Shown in pieces: positions 60,249-64,000 of a stretch of 64,000 bases of DNA. The position numbers and the translations under genes are program-made. Location of the stretch: contig CAZOOA010000005.1 in the NCBI GenBank assembly GCA_964581355.1, positions 11,487-75,486 on the forward strand, in the 5' to 3' direction. The notes below the pieces were generated by a model. It saw only the letters and a list, made by a program, of their open reading frames with translations. It searched no databases and was not told where the DNA came from. This stretch comes from an uncultured Desulfovibrionaceae bacterium (GTDB taxonomy: Bacteria; Bacillota; Dethiobacteria; DTU022; UBA8154). The first letter of the stretch is position 1. Each line of letters opens with the position of its first letter.

Positions 60249-60632
60249 ATGACCAGGCAAAGGATTCTTCGTATTGGCGAGGAAATCAAAAGAGAGGTCA
60301 GTGATATTTTAAACGTAGAATTAAAAGATCCAGGTCTCGGAAAGATGACCAGCATAACAGATGTTGAAGTTACCAGGGACCTGGGTTATGCCAGAATATA
60401 TGTAAGTATTTATGGTAACGAGGAGGAACAGGAGAGAATATTGAAAATCCTGGATAAAGCCAGGGGGTTTATCCGCTCTGAAGTCGGCAAGCGGGTGCGC
60501 TTGCGTCATACACCGGAAATTGAATTTCGCCTGGATAGGTCTATGGAATATGGTGCCCACATTGAGCAGGTTTTGAAAAACCTGGAGCATAACCGGTCAG
60601 ACGATGGGAATAAAAATGAAAATAATCATTGA
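60249..60632 (+). CDS. rbfA: ribosome-binding factor A
   Basis: RILRIGEEIKREVSDIL...YARIYVSIYG is canonical RbfA. Confidence 0.9.
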   Translation: MTRQRILRIGEEIKREVSDILNVELKDPGLGKMTSITDVEVTRDLGYARIYVSIYGNEEEQERILKILDKARGFIRSEVGKRVRLRHTPEIEFRLDRSMEYGAHIEQVLKNLEHNRSDDGNKNENNH

Positions 60633-60653
60633 ACAGTGATGAGGTTATTAAAT

Positions 60654-61646
60654 ATGGAGGATTTTCTTTTAAACAACCTTTTGGATAAGTGCGAAGGAGT
60701 AAGTATCTTTTGCCACATAAGACCCGATGGCGATGCCATTGGGTCCAGCCTAGGATGGATGCAAGTATTAAGCCAGCACACGGATAAACCCGTGCAGGTA
60801 TATTGTCCGGATGTTATTCCTGCAAAATATACTTTTTTGCCAGGAGTTGAACGTTTTAAGCAGGTATTAGAAGGCACCATCAACAATCATCTTGTTTTTG
60901 TTTTGGACTGCAGCGATTTGGACAGGTTGGATTACCTGAAAAAAAGTGTGTGGCAGGCGGAAGAGATAGTGAATATCGATCACCACACGACAAACACCAA
61001 CTTTGGACGTTACAACCTGGTCGATACATCGGCCGCGGCAACAGCTGAGATTATCTTTCAGCTAAGCAGGCAGTATAGTTTAAACATTGACCAGGATGCC
61101 AGTATCTGTCTTTATGCGGCCATTTCTTCTGATACCGGCTCCTTTAAGTATGACAATACAACCTCTACAACCATGCGTATTGCTGGCGATCTCCTGGAAA
61201 AAGATGTAAAACCATCACTGGTTAGCCAAAAATTATTCGATGAGCGTCCTTACACGACCATGATTCTCTTGGCTGAAGCGTTAAAAACACTCTCCTTTGA
61301 CCGAGATAATAGAGTGGCCTGGATGAGCATGGACGATGAAAGACTGAACAAATGCGGTAGCAAGCCGGAGGAATTGGACGGTTTTGTCAATTACCTTCGT
61401 GATATCCAGGAAGTAGAAGTAGGGATCTTTTTTTACCATACGAGTGAAGAAAAAACAAAAATAGGATTTCGTTCCAAGTCGGTTGATGTAGCCCGTATCG
61501 CTTATTCATTTGGTGGAGGCGGTCATCCACGCGCCGCCGGATGTACCGTTGAGGGACATCCTTCCAGAGTCACCAGTGATGTGCTACAGGCGACTTATGA
61601 GGCTGTGAAAACCATGACTATAACCAAGCAAAAACAGCAGGTTTAA
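60654..61646 (+). CDS. nrnA: bifunctional oligoribonuclease/pAp phosphatase NrnA (DHH-DHHA1)
   Basis: CHIRPDGDAIGS, IDHH and GGGHPRAAG motifs. Confidence 0.85.
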   Translation: MEDFLLNNLLDKCEGVSIFCHIRPDGDAIGSSLGWMQVLSQHTDKPVQVYCPDVIPAKYTFLPGVERFKQVLEGTINNHLVFVLDCSDLDRLDYLKKSVWQAEEIVNIDHHTTNTNFGRYNLVDTSAAATAEIIFQLSRQYSLNIDQDASICLYAAISSDTGSFKYDNTTSTTMRIAGDLLEKDVKPSLVSQKLFDERPYTTMILLAEALKTLSFDRDNRVAWMSMDDERLNKCGSKPEELDGFVNYLRDIQEVEVGIFFYHTSEEKTKIGFRSKSVDVARIAYSFGGGGHPRAAGCTVEGHPSRVTSDVLQATYEAVKTMTITKQKQQV

Positions 61647-61719
61647 AAGCTTAACAGGCTGGAAGAAACAAGGTATTGCTACCGCTGGAATGCTTTTTCA
61701 TTTTGAAGGAGGTCCACTG

Positions 61720-62646
61720 TTGGACGGTTTTATCAACCTGTTAAAAGTGCCAGGGATGACTTCTCACGATGCCGTGTCATATACCCGGAAGCTATTTCCT
61801 GGAACCAAGGTCGGTCACGGTGGAACCCTGGATCCTGCAGCGGCAGGTGTTCTACCATTAATGCTTGGGAAAGCAACCCGTCTTTCTGATTGGGTCATGG
61901 ATGGTTCCAAGCATTATCGTGCTGAACTGCAGCTGGGTGTAACCACGGATACCGATGATACAACAGGTACTGTTCTAAGCAGCTCTACTCTGCCTCAAAT
62001 TGATGAACATTACTTACAGCAGCTATTCGCTTCCCTTGAAGGTGAACTTTCCCAGGTCCCCCCAATGTATTCTGCTGTAAAACACCAGGGGAAAAAAATG
62101 TATCAGTATGCCAGGGAAGGCAAGGAGATGGAACGAGGTCAAAGGTCTGTAACCATTTATTCTTTGAAACTGGTGACACTATTTCCACCCGACCGGGTTA
62201 TTATTGATGTCCATTGTTCCAAGGGGACATATATCCGAACCCTGTGCAGGCAGGTTGGAGAAGATCTGGGTTGTGGTGGATGCATGTCCTTTCTCCTGAG
62301 GAAAGCAGTTGGCCAATTTCAGCTAAAAGATGCGGTTTCCCTGGATGATATGGAAAGCAGCCGGGAGAAAGTAATCTTTCCCCTGGATTTTCTTTTCCAA
62401 AACGAAGAAAAAATATTCTTGGAATCCAAGGAGTTAAATGCTTTGTGTCAGGGACAAAAGATAAAGGCAGACAGGTTATTAGAACAAGGACGACAGACTA
62501 TTTCTGTTTCCGTTGACGGGAACGTGTCACCAGTATATACTACAAAAGGGGAATTTGTGGCCTTGGCCCGCTGGGAACAGATTGGAGACGGGGAGTATTC
62601 CACCTTGGTCCTGGCGCCCCAGCGCGTTTTTAAACCGAATCAGTAA
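61720..62646 (+). CDS. truB: tRNA pseudouridine55 synthase
   Basis: TTG start 6 nt after GAAGGAGG gives MDGFINLLKVPGMTSHDAV. GHGGTLDP catalytic Asp motif and a C-terminal PUA domain. Confidence 0.9.
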   Translation: MDGFINLLKVPGMTSHDAVSYTRKLFPGTKVGHGGTLDPAAAGVLPLMLGKATRLSDWVMDGSKHYRAELQLGVTTDTDDTTGTVLSSSTLPQIDEHYLQQLFASLEGELSQVPPMYSAVKHQGKKMYQYAREGKEMERGQRSVTIYSLKLVTLFPPDRVIIDVHCSKGTYIRTLCRQVGEDLGCGGCMSFLLRKAVGQFQLKDAVSLDDMESSREKVIFPLDFLFQNEEKIFLESKELNALCQGQKIKADRLLEQGRQTISVSVDGNVSPVYTTKGEFVALARWEQIGDGEYSTLVLAPQRVFKPNQ

Positions 62647-62657
62647 AGGTGGCAGGT

Positions 62658-63653
62658 ATGAAGATAATAAATGGAGTTTGGAATATGCCGAAAAATGATG
62701 GAGAGACAGTGCTGGCCCTGGGTAACTTCGACGGCCTTCACTTGGCTCACCGGGAAATTATTGCCAGAACACGTCAAAATGCCCTGAAGCGAGATGGCAG
62801 GAGCGTGGTTTTTCTCCTGGACCCCCACCCTGTTAAAGTGCTTTACCCGGATAGGAGCTTCAAGCTTCTAACGACATTGGATGAAAAATTGGACAAAATC
62901 AGGTGCCTGGGTATTGATTATGCTGTTGTTGAATCCTTTACAGAAAACATATCGGCAATGCCCCCTTTTTATTTTGCTCAAAACTACCTGACCAGGGCTT
63001 TACGTGCTTCCAAGGTGATTGTAGGTTTTGACTATACCTTTGGACGCAAAGGCAAGGGGACTGTAAACCATTTGCTCAAATGGGGAGATGATCTGGGATT
63101 TGAAGTAGAAAGTGTTTCTCCCATCATGTACAACAATTATGTTGTCAGCAGCTCTCTGGTCCGGGAGCTTTTGATCAAAGGTGAAGTTGAGCAAGCAACT
63201 CAAATCCTGGGGTATTTTTACAACCGGACAGGCCGGGTTGTCCACGGAGACGGGCGCGGAAAGAAAATTGGTTTTCCCACGGCAAACCTGGAAATTCCCG
63301 AGGGGCTCCTTCTGCCGGGGAGGGGTGTTTACTTAAGCTTGATTTCCCGGGGCAGAGAAAAAAAATTTGCGTTGACTAACATTGGCATCAAACCGACATT
63401 TTGCCAGGACCGCAAGACAACGGCAGAAGTTTTTATCCTGGACTTCCAGGGAAATATCTATGATGAAGAATTAACAATATATTTTTTGCACAAGATTAGA
63501 GATGAGCAGGCTTTTGAAAATGTTTCCCAATTTACGAAGCAGGTTGAACTTGATATTCAATCTGCCAGAGAGTTAATTAAAAATAAATACCATTTATTAT
63601 TGAACCAGGGGGACGGGATTGACTGCTGTCCCATGTTTACAAAGCTGACGTGA
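62658..63653 (+). CDS. ribF: bifunctional riboflavin kinase / FMN adenylyltransferase
   Basis: ALGNFDGLHLAHREII, then a C-terminal riboflavin kinase domain (GFPTANL...). Confidence 0.9.
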   Translation: MKIINGVWNMPKNDGETVLALGNFDGLHLAHREIIARTRQNALKRDGRSVVFLLDPHPVKVLYPDRSFKLLTTLDEKLDKIRCLGIDYAVVESFTENISAMPPFYFAQNYLTRALRASKVIVGFDYTFGRKGKGTVNHLLKWGDDLGFEVESVSPIMYNNYVVSSSLVRELLIKGEVEQATQILGYFYNRTGRVVHGDGRGKKIGFPTANLEIPEGLLLPGRGVYLSLISRGREKKFALTNIGIKPTFCQDRKTTAEVFILDFQGNIYDEELTIYFLHKIRDEQAFENVSQFTKQVELDIQSARELIKNKYHLLLNQGDGIDCCPMFTKLT

Positions 63654-63750
63654 TGTGATAAAATTTTCATTGCTGTGAAATGCCCGTATGTAGTGCCCGT
63701 TAGACGTAGGTGCTCTGAATCTATTATCCATGATGGGAGGTGAAATGAAG

Positions 63751-64000
63751 ATGGCTCTGTCAAATGAAACAAAGAATAATATAATTAATGAGCACAAGAT
63801 CCATAACAGCGACACAGGATCTCCAGAGGTACAGATTGCGATTCTTACCACCCGCATTACCCAACTCACTGAACACCTCAAAGTGCACAAAAAAGATTTT
63901 CATTCCCGGCGAGGCCTGTTAAAAATGGTTGGAAAGCGACGTGGTTTGCTCAATTATCTGCGAGAGAGAGACCCCAACCGCTACAGGGAAGTCATTGAGC
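63751..64000 (+). CDS. rpsO: 30S ribosomal protein S15 (3' end beyond the window)
   Basis: [68 protein letters not shown]. Not in the ORF track because it is truncated by the window end. Confidence 0.85.
   Translation, partial: MALSNETKNNIINEHKIHNSDTGSPEVQIAILTTRITQLTEHLKVHKKDFHSRRGLLKMVGKRRGLLNYLRERDPNRYREVIE

Noticed and set aside
1-64000. Search for a CRISPR array.
   Set aside because: No CRISPR array was found. The only short tandem array is the 2.5-copy TTGAACATTTT repeat near 16.7 kb, and there are no regularly spaced 25-40-bp direct repeats.

Overview
This 64-kb window is a chromosomal core region of a low-GC Gram-positive bacterium (Firmicutes, probably Clostridia); the taxon is inferred only from gene order and content. 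Most of it is housekeeping operons in Bacillus-like order, all on the + strand. They run fabG'-acpP-fabF-rnc-smc-ftsY-ffh-rpsP-ylqC-rimM-trmD-rplS-lepB-rbgA-rnhB-yraN, then panBCD, kamA, dprA-topA-trmFO-xerC-hslVU-codY, rpsB-tsf-pyrH-frr-uppS-cdsA-dxr-rseP-ispG, and rimP-nusA-ylxR-infB-rbfA-nrnA-truB-ribF-rpsO'. Between 13.7 and 33.4 kb lies a more accessory-like stretch. It holds a hypothetical all-alpha protein, a YifB/ComM ATPase, a soluble MCP-like protein, an ACT/UPF0210 pair, a Cys-rich hypothetical, a UvrD-family helicase on the minus strand, a LOG-like protein, an MBL hydrolase, CoA-transferase A/B with an in-frame TGA in subunit A, an ADP-ribosylglycohydrolase, citramalate synthase, a MetE-like protein and three tandem M42 peptidases. 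I could not identify any tRNA, rRNA or CRISPR array. Two things stand out. (1) A 146-bp MITE-like element with 13-bp terminal inverted repeats and 8-bp target-site duplications is present in two full copies (yraN 3' region, and the nusA-ylxR junction) plus at least two degraded fragments. (2) A ~400-bp GC-rich, highly self-complementary non-coding element lies downstream of yifB and matches none of the RNA families I could test by eye. Other leads are the in-frame TGA followed immediately by a hairpin in the CoA-transferase A gene, a hairpin inside the SD-to-start spacer of ffh, several palindromes or operator-like sites, and a possible standalone PASTA-domain mini-protein. Manual coordinates for non-CDS features are accurate to about ±1-2 nt.
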